A stretch of DNA of 64,000 bases from a virus, in UHGV virus genome UHGV-0060643; one strand, given 5' to 3'. The position numbers were made by a program, and so were the translations under genes. The notes beneath the pieces were generated by a model. That model ran no database searches, had not been told where the DNA came from, and saw only the letters and a program-made list of their open reading frames with translations. Positions 19,852 through 31,100 of this stretch are shown here, in pieces; position 1 is the first letter of the stretch, and each line of letters begins with the position of its first letter.

Positions 19852-20510
19852 TGGGATTGTTCGATACCCTAGCGCGGCTGGATAAAGCGCAGGAAGAAGA
19901 AATCATTCGTGTTGCTGGTGAGTCCATTAAACACGAAGTCGAAAAGGAATACTGCGTTTGGGTAAAACCGACGCAAGCGGGATGGGATTGGCTCCACGCA
20001 CAAGAAGCCAAGATGTTCATGGACATTCTCATGCCGATAGAAGGTGGGCGTCGTCGTATCCGTATTAAAGAAGACGGAACGGCACAGCTAACGCTTAAGC
20101 GTAAATTCCTGGACGGAAAGGTTGAAGAGAATTCGGATATCGGGATTAGTTCCGCACTCTCTTTTTACAAAGACGGTTATTTGGCACACCTGGTGAAACG
20201 TATTCACTTAGAGCCGGGTGAATTAGCCGATAAAGGGGCTAAGCATTGGGATATTGATATTTTCACAATCACCACCGGACACCCTGCCATTGAAGTTTCA
20301 GGTGACTTTAACGATCTTATCACCGAGATGCGTAGTAGCACCAGCGTTGGTGACTGGGTGAAAGTTGAACTGGAAGTCGAGCGTTACGAGATTGCGGATG
20401 TGTTGTCCGTGATTCCGTTTGAGTTTGACGGCCATATTCCGGCTACGCCAAAAGATCCTGAAGACCAAGAATATCTTCGTGATTACTGGGATTCAGTTAC
20501 CCGTATGTAA
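19851..20510 (+). CDS. hypothetical protein
   Basis: 219-aa ORF, TAATG overlap. Confidence 0.6.
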   Translation: MGLFDTLARLDKAQEEEIIRVAGESIKHEVEKEYCVWVKPTQAGWDWLHAQEAKMFMDILMPIEGGRRRIRIKEDGTAQLTLKRKFLDGKVEENSDIGISSALSFYKDGYLAHLVKRIHLEPGELADKGAKHWDIDIFTITTGHPAIEVSGDFNDLITEMRSSTSVGDWVKVELEVERYEIADVLSVIPFEFDGHIPATPKDPEDQEYLRDYWDSVTRM

Positions 20511-20514
20511 CACC

Positions 20515-20556
20515 TACCCTACTCCTGTCTGGGAGTAGGGTATTTTTATTTTTTAC
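20515..20556 (+). terminator. intrinsic terminator (CCCTACTCC stem family)
   Basis: taccctactcc tgtctg ggagtagggta followed by tttttatttttt. Confidence 0.65.
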
Positions 20557-20573
20557 CCTAAAGGAGAATTACC

Positions 20574-20942
20574 ATGCAAGCTCAATTTTTTAATACCCCC
20601 AACGGTTTCGGTTTTAAATTCCCTGAATTTGTTTTACCAAAACAAGTTATTGAAGTACCCTTCCCCCGTTATGTGCTATTAGGACTGCGCACTGTACTTG
20701 CCAACTTCTCAGGAAAGACTGTGGACATTCGCGTGTGGTCAGGTTCGGGAAGTCCTGGTGGTGTTTTGTTTGTCGATTACAATTGGATTAAAAGAACAGG
20801 TTTTCCGCTTGTACGAAAAGTTGAAGCTGTACACGGATTATCCTTCCACAGTCTACTAGGGGATTTATCGTTTCCTGAAACCGGCGACTATTCTTCTCCT
20901 GCGGATGACGAATACCAAATTCATCTTGTTTTGTTGAAATGA
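20574..20942 (+). CDS. hypothetical protein
   Basis: 122-aa ORF, RBS aaaggag. Confidence 0.55.
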   Translation: MQAQFFNTPNGFGFKFPEFVLPKQVIEVPFPRYVLLGLRTVLANFSGKTVDIRVWSGSGSPGGVLFVDYNWIKRTGFPLVRKVEAVHGLSFHSLLGDLSFPETGDYSSPADDEYQIHLVLLK

Positions 20943-21002
20943 TTTTTACAGTTGGGAACAAACTTATGTCTCCCAAGACTGCGTTTAAGCGGAGAAACAA
21001 TT

Positions 21003-21467
21003 ATGCGTGGATATATTCTCGATCTTGCAATTTCTGTAGAAGAACTTGTGGAAAAACTCGGCGGTACTGGTCGTGGACTTCATGAGAAGACCAAAAGCAT
21101 AGCCTATCTTCTCGAACCAAAATACGAACGGAAACTCCACATGATTGCTTCCGTTCGCAACAAAGCCTCTCACAGGAGAATTCTTCCCGATCGCATAGAC
21201 GTCTATGAGCAAGCTGTGGAAGAAACGAGACTCTATTTAGAAGAACTGATTGGGGAAGAAGAACGGAAACGTCGTTGTGAAGAGGAAATAAATCCCAGCT
21301 GTCTGGAACGCGAAGCGATGTGGAGAGAACGGGCAGACGAGGCCAAACGACGTAACGAAGAGAAAAGATGGGACGATATGAGTGTAATAGAAAGGATAGG
21401 TTGGGGTGCCGGTATTGCAATCATGGGAGCTGCGGTTGCGTACCTTAAAATAAAGTCTCGTGACTAA
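21003..21467 (+). CDS. hypothetical protein with C-terminal hydrophobic helix
   Basis: ATG 21003 with RBS ggagaaa; C-terminal IGWGAGIAIMGAAVAYL. Confidence 0.55.
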   Translation: MRGYILDLAISVEELVEKLGGTGRGLHEKTKSIAYLLEPKYERKLHMIASVRNKASHRRILPDRIDVYEQAVEETRLYLEELIGEEERKRRCEEEINPSCLEREAMWRERADEAKRRNEEKRWDDMSVIERIGWGAGIAIMGAAVAYLKIKSRD

Positions 21468-21481
21468 ATCGGGTATCGGAA

Positions 21482-22027
21482 ATGAAACAAATACAGTTAA
21501 CTGATCATGTTAATGCGTTTAAACACTTTCTGGATAACGCGGGTATAAAACCTGGCGAACAGACAGACGCATGGACTGCACGTGTTTACGGAAGTATTGG
21601 CAAAGTCTGTGAGTCCACGACAACACAGGACGGGTTGTTTGTTGCTAAAGCAGTAGGTATTGCCTTGTGGGATATTGCTGCTTTGGTTTACGTGATGAAT
21701 AACGGGGATTTACGTCCCCTTGAAAAATCTTTACACCGACTACTAGCCATTAAGAAATGGAAAAATGAACATCCTGAGTCAATCGCGCTTACGTTGATGC
21801 CAGAAGCGGTACTTGCTATCAAAGCGGTGCGCAGTTGTACCGCCCGTGCACAAATGGAGCGTCGGTTACACCTCACGACGCTCTTTTATCAATTGGCCAG
21901 AATTGTAAAGATGTACGGCCTAATCTTCGACCGGGTTCTACAGAACGGACGTATAAGTTGGACAGAAGAACTAAGCGGTTCTCCGTTCTATACAAAACTA
22001 AAGCTTAAAGACATTTTGAAGGATTAA
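21482..22027 (+). CDS. hypothetical protein
   Basis: 181-aa ORF. Confidence 0.55.
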   Translation: MKQIQLTDHVNAFKHFLDNAGIKPGEQTDAWTARVYGSIGKVCESTTTQDGLFVAKAVGIALWDIAALVYVMNNGDLRPLEKSLHRLLAIKKWKNEHPESIALTLMPEAVLAIKAVRSCTARAQMERRLHLTTLFYQLARIVKMYGLIFDRVLQNGRISWTEELSGSPFYTKLKLKDILKD

Positions 22028-22028
22028 C

Positions 22029-22337
22029 ATGGAAAACTATTCGGGTTGGGCAATTTCGCAATGCATTGGCTATTCTTTACGTTCTTTAGTGCGTACGCTT
22101 TATAACAAAAACTCAGGCGAAGCTATTACACCACAGTTACTGGGCAAATTGGAAGTCGAAGTTAACCACAAATTAAAGCAGTTACTCGACAGCCACGTAA
22201 GAACAATGCGTTGGGAGTTCTTGCTACGTGGTAAGAAGCCTTCAATTACCGTTGTAGCAGAAGGCAGTGAAGTCGTACTGCAATCCAACGCAGACCTATT
22301 TGAAATTTTAACTGAACTCGAAAAGGACAAAATCTAA
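22029..22337 (+). CDS. hypothetical protein
   Basis: 102-aa ORF, RBS aagga. Confidence 0.5.
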   Translation: MENYSGWAISQCIGYSLRSLVRTLYNKNSGEAITPQLLGKLEVEVNHKLKQLLDSHVRTMRWEFLLRGKKPSITVVAEGSEVVLQSNADLFEILTELEKDKI

Positions 22338-23377
22338 TGAAACAGTATTTAGCGTTAATGCAAGACATTCTGGATAACGGCGTTGTTAAGAAAGACCGTA
22401 CAGGTGTAGGGACACTTTCTGTATTTGGTCGCCAACTACGTTTTGACCTGAAAGAAGGTTTCCCATTAGTTACTACGAAAAAGGTTCACCTGAAAAGTAT
22501 CATTCATGAACTGTTATGGTTCTTGAACGGTGACACTAACGTGAAGTACCTGCAAGAGAATGGGGTAAGAATCTGGAACGAGTGGGCGAATGCGGAAGGG
22601 GAATTAGGACCTGTCTACGGACACCAGTGGCGGGAATGGATGGATACCAAACTGGTTTATCTTTGGGACGAGCGTAGTAAAGACGTATTGAGAGAACGAG
22701 GCTATCGCTACGTTGGTACTATTGCAAAGGACAACCCTGAAGAAAGTATCGTTATTTATCGCAAATCTCACGACCAGATCAGCAAAGTTATCCAACAACT
22801 TCTCGAAGACCCTGACTCCCGCCGTATTATTGTTAGTGCCTGGAACGTAAGTGACTTGGACGATATGGCACTTAACCCGTGTCACAACTACTTCCAATTC
22901 TACACAACGGAAATGTCACTGCTTGAGAGACTGGAATGGTACGAAGTAAACGAACCGGAAAAATTTGCGAGCGCACCGCTTATTAAACACGAAGATATTG
23001 ATGATGAAGAACGACTTCATGAAACTTTAGATCGTGAAGGTATTCCGCGTCGTAAGCTTTCGTGTTTCTTCCTGATGCGATCAAACGACGTATTCTTAGG
23101 TTTACCGTTCAACATCGCTTCGTACGCGTTGTTAACATACATCGTTGCTCAACAACTGAACATGGTTCCAGACGAGTTGGTTTATAGTGGTGTAGACGTT
23201 CATCTGTATTCTAACCATCTGGAACAAGCAAAACTTCAACTTACACGTGAGCCTTACCCGTTACCTAAACTGGTTATCAAACGTAAACCGGATTCTATCT
23301 TCGATTACAAATACGAAGACTTCGAATTAGTTGGTTATCAAGCTCATCCACATATTGCGGCCCCCGTCGCAGTATAA
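22337..23377 (+). CDS. thyA: thymidylate synthase (ThyA-type) with two insertions
   Basis: motifs [25 protein letters not shown], active-site [25 protein letters not shown] closely match canonical ThyA; 346 aa vs ~264 aa typical. Confidence 0.95.
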   Translation: MKQYLALMQDILDNGVVKKDRTGVGTLSVFGRQLRFDLKEGFPLVTTKKVHLKSIIHELLWFLNGDTNVKYLQENGVRIWNEWANAEGELGPVYGHQWREWMDTKLVYLWDERSKDVLRERGYRYVGTIAKDNPEESIVIYRKSHDQISKVIQQLLEDPDSRRIIVSAWNVSDLDDMALNPCHNYFQFYTTEMSLLERLEWYEVNEPEKFASAPLIKHEDIDDEERLHETLDREGIPRRKLSCFFLMRSNDVFLGLPFNIASYALLTYIVAQQLNMVPDELVYSGVDVHLYSNHLEQAKLQLTREPYPLPKLVIKRKPDSIFDYKYEDFELVGYQAHPHIAAPVAV

Positions 23378-23407
23378 ATTACCACCTAATTAAAAAGGTA
23401 TGATAAA

Positions 23408-23854
23408 ATGTCTAAAACTCATGTTAACTATAACATCGTAGTAGAAGAATTATCAAAAGGTTTAACCGATCTGGATTCTAAAGATAATCCGTTTACCGAT
23501 CGTTATGGTCCCAATGCCTTATCTGAATTTCGTACTATCCGCTACGGTACAGGTAGGCAGATGGGGCTTACAGACTTTGGTGTCGAGTTAGCTAAGAACC
23601 ATAAAGGGAAAGTGTTGTTCGTTAGCCCAAAAGGGTTCTTAGAGGACGATGTGCTATTCCGTTTGGGTCTCGAAGACTTACCGGAAAACATCACACAAAT
23701 CAGCGGTTACCAAATGGGTACAGAAAAGGAAAAATACAGCCTTGTCATTGTAGATGACGCTGGGGTTTTCTTTAGCATGTTCCGTTACATGAAGTTCTTC
23801 CGCTTACTTGCAAACTCAGTAACTAAAGACGTTGTAATCCATTTAATGGGTTAA
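23408..23854 (+). CDS. hypothetical protein
   Basis: 148-aa ORF, RBS aaaagg. Confidence 0.55.
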   Translation: MSKTHVNYNIVVEELSKGLTDLDSKDNPFTDRYGPNALSEFRTIRYGTGRQMGLTDFGVELAKNHKGKVLFVSPKGFLEDDVLFRLGLEDLPENITQISGYQMGTEKEKYSLVIVDDAGVFFSMFRYMKFFRLLANSVTKDVVIHLMG

Positions 23855-23875
23855 TTAATGATGAGGGAATTCTTT

Positions 23876-24025
23876 ATGACGAATGATGTCATTAAAGTTA
23901 CTATAAAGTATATCAATCTGAATAAGAGAATCCGTTGCAAAGTAAATCGTAAAACTATCGCTAGTCGCTGGCGTAAAGGACCACACAAGGGTCGTAAACG
24001 CTTTCTGGCTTTTGGGGATGTCTGA
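23876..24025 (+). CDS. small basic protein (49 aa), below track length cutoff
   Basis: ATG 23876, stop overlaps next start (TGATG); translation MTNDVIKVTIKYINLNKRIRCKVNRKTIASRWRKGPHKGRKRFLAFGDV. Confidence 0.3.
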   Translation: MTNDVIKVTIKYINLNKRIRCKVNRKTIASRWRKGPHKGRKRFLAFGDV

Positions 24026-24249
24026 TGAAAAAACCACGATTTCACAGCCTGAGATTCTTTACAGGTGCTCTATATTTTATTGGCTACAACCGTGTACGTA
24101 AGGGTCCTGGTAAATCGAAAGTGCGCATCGTGCGATATAAAGAGACGCCGCCAGGTCTAGCACCGATGGTGAAACTTCTGTCGCCGTTCGCTAACCTTAA
24201 AATCAAAACTATTAACCCCTTTGTAAGAAATTTGGAAACTAAAAAATGA
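24025..24249 (+). CDS. small basic hypothetical protein
   Basis: 74-aa ORF translationally coupled on both sides. Confidence 0.4.
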   Translation: MKKPRFHSLRFFTGALYFIGYNRVRKGPGKSKVRIVRYKETPPGLAPMVKLLSPFANLKIKTINPFVRNLETKK

Positions 24250-24389
24250 CTGAAGAAGTTAAAGTAGAAACCGTTAAAGAAACTGACGAATTTGCAATCC
24301 CTGGCTTAGACCCGGAAGCTACCGTAGAGAAGGGTGCTGACCCAACTACGGAAGACGATAACTGCTCAGGCGGGGCTTGCAAAATTTAA
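24246..24389 (+). CDS. small acidic protein (47 aa), below track length cutoff
   Basis: ATG 24246 overlapping upstream stop; translation MTEEVKVETVKETDEFAIPGLDPEATVEKGADPTTEDDNCSGGACKI; followed by terminator. Confidence 0.3.
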   Translation: MTEEVKVETVKETDEFAIPGLDPEATVEKGADPTTEDDNCSGGACKI

Positions 24390-24397
24390 CAGTTCAC

Positions 24398-24437
24398 GGG
24401 GTGCTTATGTAGCACCCCTAATCTTTATTCTTTTTTT
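24398..24437 (+). terminator. intrinsic terminator
   Basis: ggggtgct tatgt agcacccc hairpin followed by T-rich tract. Confidence 0.65.
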
Positions 24438-24460
24438 GTTTAATCTAATGGAGTTTTAAA

Positions 24461-25291
24461 ATGGGCGAACGTTTTAACATCAACGCTATCTACAACATCG
24501 TTCTTAACCCAGGTAACTTCCTGGACGAAGTTAACACACAACTACGCGCTATGGACGAGAAAGCGATTCAGTTTGATGCTATCTACACCATCGGGGTAAA
24601 TCCTGGTACTAACCGTGTTCGCGTAGAAGGTAAACGCCACACCGGTAATCAGGAACTGGACATCGAAACGATTGAAGCGCCGCTTAAACTTACAGGTGCC
24701 GAATATAACGGTACAGTAATGCACACCGTATCGGTTCCGGTCTATTCTATTGCGAACTGTGCAGAACATGTTAAAGGCTGGTCTAAAGAACGCGGCATCC
24801 TCGATAACGGTAAACTGGAAACCCAAATCACGAAATTCTTTGAAGAGTTTGGTGAAATCGCAACAGGTATCAGTAAAAACAAACCTGAACTGATCATGGA
24901 TGGTATCGGTGATGCGTTAGTGGTTCTGGTAAACATCCTGGAACTGGGTAAAGACAAACTGTCTGGAGAAATGTCAACCACCGAGATCATCGAGCACGGT
25001 TTACAGCTACAGGTGGATGATGTCGCTGACGTTGAAGAACATTTTGATGACAACGGGTATCCGCACCATCTGTATCTCCACGCTACCGAAATCTTCGCTA
25101 CCGCATTTATTCGCTCCGATGCTGGTTTCGATCAGCTTAACTGGGCTTTGTACCGTCTTGCAAAACTGGCTCTCTACTATCGTCTTGACATTCGCCATTG
25201 CTTCTCTTTAGCCTGGCACGAAATCAAAGACCGTAAAGGCTATCTGAACGCTGACGGTATTTTTGTAAAAGAAGCAGATTTGGCGAAATAA
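24461..25291 (+). CDS. protein with C-terminal MazG-like NTP pyrophosphohydrolase domain
   Basis: EEFGEIATG and GDALVVLVNILELG resemble MazG EExGE and GDxLxxLxxL signatures; ~110-aa N-terminal extra domain. Confidence 0.5.
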   Translation: MGERFNINAIYNIVLNPGNFLDEVNTQLRAMDEKAIQFDAIYTIGVNPGTNRVRVEGKRHTGNQELDIETIEAPLKLTGAEYNGTVMHTVSVPVYSIANCAEHVKGWSKERGILDNGKLETQITKFFEEFGEIATGISKNKPELIMDGIGDALVVLVNILELGKDKLSGEMSTTEIIEHGLQLQVDDVADVEEHFDDNGYPHHLYLHATEIFATAFIRSDAGFDQLNWALYRLAKLALYYRLDIRHCFSLAWHEIKDRKGYLNADGIFVKEADLAK

Positions 25292-25298
25292 ATAAAAG

Positions 25299-25348
25299 TA
25301 CCTACCTCCGAAAGGAGGTAGGTTAACTTTCTTATTTTTTTTCTTTTT
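25299..25348. terminator. bidirectional intrinsic terminator (ACCTACCTCC stem family)
   Basis: tacctacctcc gaaa ggaggtaggt with T-tracts; near-identical copy at 48998..49043. Confidence 0.65.
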
Positions 25349-25912
25349 TTAAGCGCCAGGAACAATTCCAGAAGAGATATACGTCAAACCGTCAAGTTCG
25401 GTAACTTTAATCAGCTTCGAAATATCCTTACCGTCAGATGGCAGTTCAGTTAAGTACACTTCCAACTGACCTGTCCAAGCCAAAGATCTCCCGTTCATGA
25501 TAATGATGGTTTTATCTCTGCTGTCTGGTGCAGCTGTTGGGTTCTCAACTTCGTCATCCGTAATCTGCAAATTGTACTTAGTGCGAAAAAGCTGTAGTAC
25601 CTCAGATACCGTAGCCGCATTAACACCCGCAACAGAAACTACAAAGTCACCTAACAGGTGCTCTAAATCCAACCGACGATAAATAACGTCAATTTTACCA
25701 AATGTTTTCTGCTCGATGATACCCTGGACGCTAAGTTGAGTATTTAATCGCGTAAATTGAGTTTCTGGTGTTTCTACCGCAGGAATATGTGACGGCGTGC
25801 CGAAATTCAATTTATCGATTGTAATACCTTTCTCTACCAAACCTGGATTCTTTTTTACTAATAACTCATAAACCAGTTGTTTTCCTGATTTACCTAATAG
25901 CGTATTAGCCAT
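25349..25912 (-). CDS. hypothetical protein (virion module candidate)
   Basis: 187-aa ORF, RBS gagagga. Confidence 0.65.
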   Translation of the reverse strand: MANTLLGKSGKQLVYELLVKKNPGLVEKGITIDKLNFGTPSHIPAVETPETQFTRLNTQLSVQGIIEQKTFGKIDVIYRRLDLEHLLGDFVVSVAGVNAATVSEVLQLFRTKYNLQITDDEVENPTAAPDSRDKTIIIMNGRSLAWTGQLEVYLTELPSDGKDISKLIKVTELDGLTYISSGIVPGA

Positions 25913-25928
25913 TATTTCCTCTCAAACA

Positions 25929-28130
25929 TTAACGTGCTTGCGGCAGGAAGATGTTCGCGATCTGGCGTGCTGGGATAACATCCAGTGCCGAGTTAATAAA
26001 ACTACCCTGTGACCATGCAGATGCCCAGTTTTGTGCCCAGATGCTCGCATTAATCTTGGCACGCGCAATACCGTTAGTACGTTCGTACAACGTAGCACCA
26101 CCTAAACACGCCATAAATTCACTGAATTTGTTATCATCATCCCACACACCTGTGTCAGTAACAATGGGCATGTACATAACGCGAGTCAAATCACGAATAG
26201 TAACAGAGATGTCGCAAGACAGTGGGACGGAATCACCTGGCCGCCAACCTAAACCACCCACACCGAACTGTAACGACATCGACGTCACCATCGCGTTACG
26301 GAAAGAAAAACGTCCTTGTGAATAACACTCTAAATAGAACGGGTGAGTAAAAGATTGTTTACCTGTAGCCAGAGGACACACTGCTGCAATCCAAAACGAA
26401 AGCGGAACTAACAAATCCTGGAAAATATCCAGGTCGTTACCCGACCAACAACGTAAAGGAATGGTTAAAGTAATGTCGTCTCCTGATGCGTCAGAACTAT
26501 CCCAGACTTCTGGGAAGTCTATCACCGAGGAGTTGTACAACGACATTATCCCTGTCAAATGTAGGGTGTCTGCAACGCCTCGCATCGCTGACTTAATACC
26601 GGAAACTAAAGCATCGACCGCACTAAAACCGGTTTGTCCACCCGACAGGTTAACCTCCAACGAACGCGCTTTTGCTGTTGCGGAGTTTACCATCCCGGAA
26701 ATCTCAGGTTCTTTCGTGGAGTTAGAGAACGAACGCGAAACGGTGTCTTTACCGTCAATACGCCAAGTAACCCATTGTGAACCGTTCTTAATCTCTGACA
26801 GGACGTTATCGCCAACATCCGCAACCATATCGGTAAACTCTTTAAAGAACGTTCCTACTTTGGATTCATCTTTACCTTTGTTCATCCAATCTTGAACTTC
26901 GACAATATCGCCCTCAGTAAGATCCTCCGGGTTCTTTTCATCCAACGTAGAGTTCAACTGCTTAGCAGCTGCCGCACGTTTCTCCATAGCCTGACGGGTT
27001 TTTTCCTGCTCTGACTGGATTTGTGCAGCTTGCTCTTGCAGTTCATTAGCGGTACCACCCACCACCAGGCTATTACTCATCTGTCCGATGAGTTCGTCTT
27101 CCTGGCTGTCAATATCCTGTATCGGAGAAGCGTAACCCCCCTTTTCACTTCTGGCAACTTTTTCCAAGTTGTATAGTGAGACTTCGAACTGTTCTGCTTT
27201 TAGACGTACGTTATCGCTGTAAGTAGCATTATAGTAAAACGCACGTAAGCGACTGGCAAACAATTCTTCATCGTCACCGGATTCTACACGAATCGCGTCG
27301 ATAGTTTTAGCCTGGTAGTTCGCCAAGGTCTGGTAACGGTTAATCATTCGGTAAATGTCAAACTCACCGTTCGCTTTCCAGACTTCGGGCAAAGATTCAT
27401 ACCACTCTTTACGATCTTTATGGTAACTATTTTCTTTACTTTCGGTATCGTAACCCAACGCAAAAGTCCCTAACACACCCGTTGGTACTAAACGACGATA
27501 AATTAGCTGGGTGTTCAGGATGTTTTGCACTGCACGTAAGTACAGATGCATTGTGGGCTTAACGTAATAGTATCTTGACGTTTCTTTATTCAGCGCTGCC
27601 GAAAGAATCCTCGGTGTAATCAGAATCACCGCGAATGCCACAGTACCCACCGTCGCCCAAATAGCAGCCGCACCGATATACGATGCCGCTGTTCGAATAA
27701 TTCCTGGATAGTCACCTGTACGTGCAAGATACGCCAGGTTAGAGTCGTACATGTTCGCAAAGAACGAAGCCATACCCAGATACTTCGGTTTACCGAAACG
27801 GCAATGAACGTAAAATGAGTTCTGGCTGATACTTTCGTAGTAATACGTCCCTAAGCGATAAGACCCTGCGGCTGAGGAATTATAAAGGGACTCGGTACCG
27901 CTCTTAGTCGCGTCGGGTTGTGCAAACGCGCCTGTTGAGGAAGGGTCTGCAAAAAGTGTAAACTGGGGCGGTGTGTTAATCGCTTTACTACCACCAACTG
28001 TGGTGTCTTCAAACGACATCATACCACCGGAATAGCGGCGCAAGGCCAGGAAACGTTCATCTCGGCCATCGACTGCGCCATTAAATAGGTTTTTGACCCA
28101 GCTTGAGTCGTTAACTGTTCTAGCGTCCAC
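25929..28130 (-). CDS. large hypothetical protein with internal hydrophobic helix; candidate virion/ejection protein
   Basis: 733-aa ORF; start is GTG (rc of cac at 28128-28130) preceded by gaggtag RBS; TM-like IGAAAIWATVGTVAFAVILI; immediately downstream of giant SLT gene. Confidence 0.7.
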   Translation of the reverse strand: MDARTVNDSSWVKNLFNGAVDGRDERFLALRRYSGGMMSFEDTTVGGSKAINTPPQFTLFADPSSTGAFAQPDATKSGTESLYNSSAAGSYRLGTYYYESISQNSFYVHCRFGKPKYLGMASFFANMYDSNLAYLARTGDYPGIIRTAASYIGAAAIWATVGTVAFAVILITPRILSAALNKETSRYYYVKPTMHLYLRAVQNILNTQLIYRRLVPTGVLGTFALGYDTESKENSYHKDRKEWYESLPEVWKANGEFDIYRMINRYQTLANYQAKTIDAIRVESGDDEELFASRLRAFYYNATYSDNVRLKAEQFEVSLYNLEKVARSEKGGYASPIQDIDSQEDELIGQMSNSLVVGGTANELQEQAAQIQSEQEKTRQAMEKRAAAAKQLNSTLDEKNPEDLTEGDIVEVQDWMNKGKDESKVGTFFKEFTDMVADVGDNVLSEIKNGSQWVTWRIDGKDTVSRSFSNSTKEPEISGMVNSATAKARSLEVNLSGGQTGFSAVDALVSGIKSAMRGVADTLHLTGIMSLYNSSVIDFPEVWDSSDASGDDITLTIPLRCWSGNDLDIFQDLLVPLSFWIAAVCPLATGKQSFTHPFYLECYSQGRFSFRNAMVTSMSLQFGVGGLGWRPGDSVPLSCDISVTIRDLTRVMYMPIVTDTGVWDDDNKFSEFMACLGGATLYERTNGIARAKINASIWAQNWASAWSQGSFINSALDVIPARQIANIFLPQAR

Positions 28131-28175
28131 TTTCTACCTCTTTAAGATGGGGGTGGTTTCCCACCCCCGTATGTA

Positions 28176-31100
28176 TTAACCTGCACGTCTAACGTTAAGC
28201 TGTCGTGCTGGCTGTTCAACGGACATTTGTCGTGATGCTGAACCTGCTGGTGCCGTAGGTTTAGACGATACAGTGTTTTGAACCGGCTGCGGGCGTTGTT
28301 TAAGGATCGTGACAATCTCTTTGAGATAGCCCGCCGATTCTTTCGCAACAGCCAACTGCTGAACACTAATCGGATCACCATTACTGAGTGTAGGCCCGTT
28401 TTGTGCATCAGAAGTAACCGCAGGTGCCGGTTTACTCGTCGCTGCTACGCGCTGCATAGCACCTTCTTTCACCTTCTCGACATCTTCTTCAGGCAACCCT
28501 TCGTTTCTGGCTCCGGCTGCAACGGTCTCCCCAATCATAGAGGCGTCGCCGCCTGCACTACTACCGCCAGGTGACGGTACTGCCGGACCACCACTGGTTG
28601 CGGCTTTGACGTTGTCTGCACTCATTGCACCTTTCTCTGCTAACGCATCGTCACGACGCGCCGCATTGGACGCAGGCAAGTTATCCGTCGCTCCAGAAAT
28701 TGATGGATCGTTAGCTGCCCCTGCTGCTACCGCCGGAGAGGAGGCAACCGCAGGCGTTAGCCCTTTCACCATGTCTTTCGTTGAAGCTGGGTTAGCCGCA
28801 ATTTCGTTTGTCGCCACAGCACCCATACGGCGGTTCAGTTCATTAATAACTTCGCCAACAGTACGAATACGAACAATCTGTTTGCCACGCATTTCGTAGA
28901 AGACCCCCTTATTACCTCTAAGGATTTGAGGAGTAATGCCTTCTGCTTTGTCGGCTGGCATGTTCGGATTCTGACGCCACGCATTAAGGAACTTCTTACC
29001 ACCGCCTGGACCCAAGAAGTGATACAGATACGCAACAGCCGGAGGCGGTTCTACACCACCCAAGTCTTTCTGCGCCTGCATGATATTGTCACGAATAAAC
29101 TGTACCCCGAGGATGGTATTTGCCCACGGGTCATACTGGTTTACTTGCGGTATACCGTACCGACGAGAATACCCTTTCATCATTCCAGACCACGTTTTGT
29201 CAATGAACTGGAACAACCCTGCTGCTGACGCACCTGGGTTCTTGACACCGTATTTGAAATCAGATTCGGCTTTCGCCATCGCAATCGCGACCGCAGGCGG
29301 AACACCTAAGGTATTTGCGACATCCGCAATCATCGCTTTAACGCCTTCTACGTTAGGTGATTTACCATCACCCAGTTTGCTGATTGGATACTTCTCAGCC
29401 AAGGTTTTGTAATCACCTTCTTTGACGTCCCCGAGTTTAATCCCGGATTGGCCCGTAGAGAACTTCGCGTAATTGCTGATGCCCATCTCACCCACAACTT
29501 GAGTCAGATCGCCCGGTGTACCGTAAGACGACCCACCGTTTGGCAAGTACCCATCGTTAGACGCTGTACCCCAATCAACGACACCTTTGAAACGATCTTT
29601 GGTATCTTCGTCGGTTTGATACATTCTCGTCGCACGATCGGCTTTCTGCCACTTCGCACGTTTTCCTGCTGCGGGTGTAGAGCGCAGGGTGTTACGAACA
29701 GCCAGGTCAGGTTCTTTTGACAGTTCTTTCAGGTTGGCAAGTTCAGTAGCAACAGAACCTGCGTCAGTGTTTGCTTCCTCACCCAGCGGGTTGAATGGAA
29801 TCTCCCACACGGACTGACGAATACCGCCCTTCATGTTGTAAGCGCCACGAATCATCAACGCTAATTCGTACATGAACCCACCGGATACTTTCAATTCGGT
29901 AGGGTCTGCTTGCGGAATGTAACGTTTCAGACCAACGACGTAGGTCATATACGCCGGTAAGAAACGGTTGTAGAACCAGTTCTTACAACGCTCCTCTTTA
30001 GGACCACCTATCAGGTCAGGCGAGATAACCGCAATGGCTTCTTTCCAGTTGCCTTTATAGGTACAGTTCTTCACATCAATGTCTTTCAACACGTTCTTCT
30101 CTAACAGCGTGAAAAGATTACGCGTTGTTTGGTTGATAGTAACCGCACCGTAGGTTTTCCACCTGACCGATTCCAGGTCTTCCAAATCGCTTTTCTTCGG
30201 TAACGAATGCCAGTCAACTTGGATTTGAACCTGTTCAGTTCCGTCTTCCCAACCTTCAACCTTCGCAACTTTCTCGTTACGTTCAGCATCCGCATTCGCC
30301 AGTACCTGACTGGTTTCAGCAACGGACGCAACTTTGTGGCCTTCGACGGCATCACGCATACCCGAACGTTGTTTCCGTTTGTCGTCGGTACGCATGTTGA
30401 TTGACCGCCACACACGTTCCTGTGCTTCGACAACCTCTTCCCCTGACAAGAACTCTGCCGGTGTAAAGGTAACGAAATCCCACGCTTTAGAGAACCAACC
30501 CTGGTTAACTTTACGCGGGTCAGTCAACGAACGGAATTCCACAGAATCTTTACCCATCTTCATTTTGTTGTAGAGGGTAATCATATCCGCTTTCGACACT
30601 TTCTTCGGATCACCGACATCTGCCAAAGCGATATCGTTATCCATAGACTTCAGTGCTGAAATCCAACGGAGGTAAATCGGTGCGAAACGTTGTAGCATAA
30701 ACGCAGTAAATGCTAACATCTCACCACGTTCTTCTAAGTTTACACCGAACCCTTCTGCGAGTTTCTTCACGTCCTCGGAAGACAAGCCACGTAATTGTGC
30801 TTCACCCCCTTCGGTATACGAGACGTAAGGTTTCAAAGCGTCTTCTAAATAACGGGCTTTCATACCGTCTTCAGAAGACCACTGGTCGTAGTCACGGAAA
30901 CCGTATTGTGCCAGACGCATATAGTCGAGGTACTGTGCTTTCACACGGGTAGCGCATTTATACGCCCAATAACCCAGACCGGCGGCAGTCGCACCGATCA
31001 CAATTGCGGGCCATCCCACCGCTGCTACCACCGTAGACGCAGCCGAGGCTACCGCAGTCACCGCCGGAACCGCTAAACGCTGGACGGCAAACTTACCAAC

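Noticed and set aside
20952-21002. Upstream extension of ORF 21003..21467 from the TTG at 20952, and a small out-of-frame ORF at 20966
   Set aside because: ATG 21003 has a well-placed RBS; the upstream alternatives lack one.
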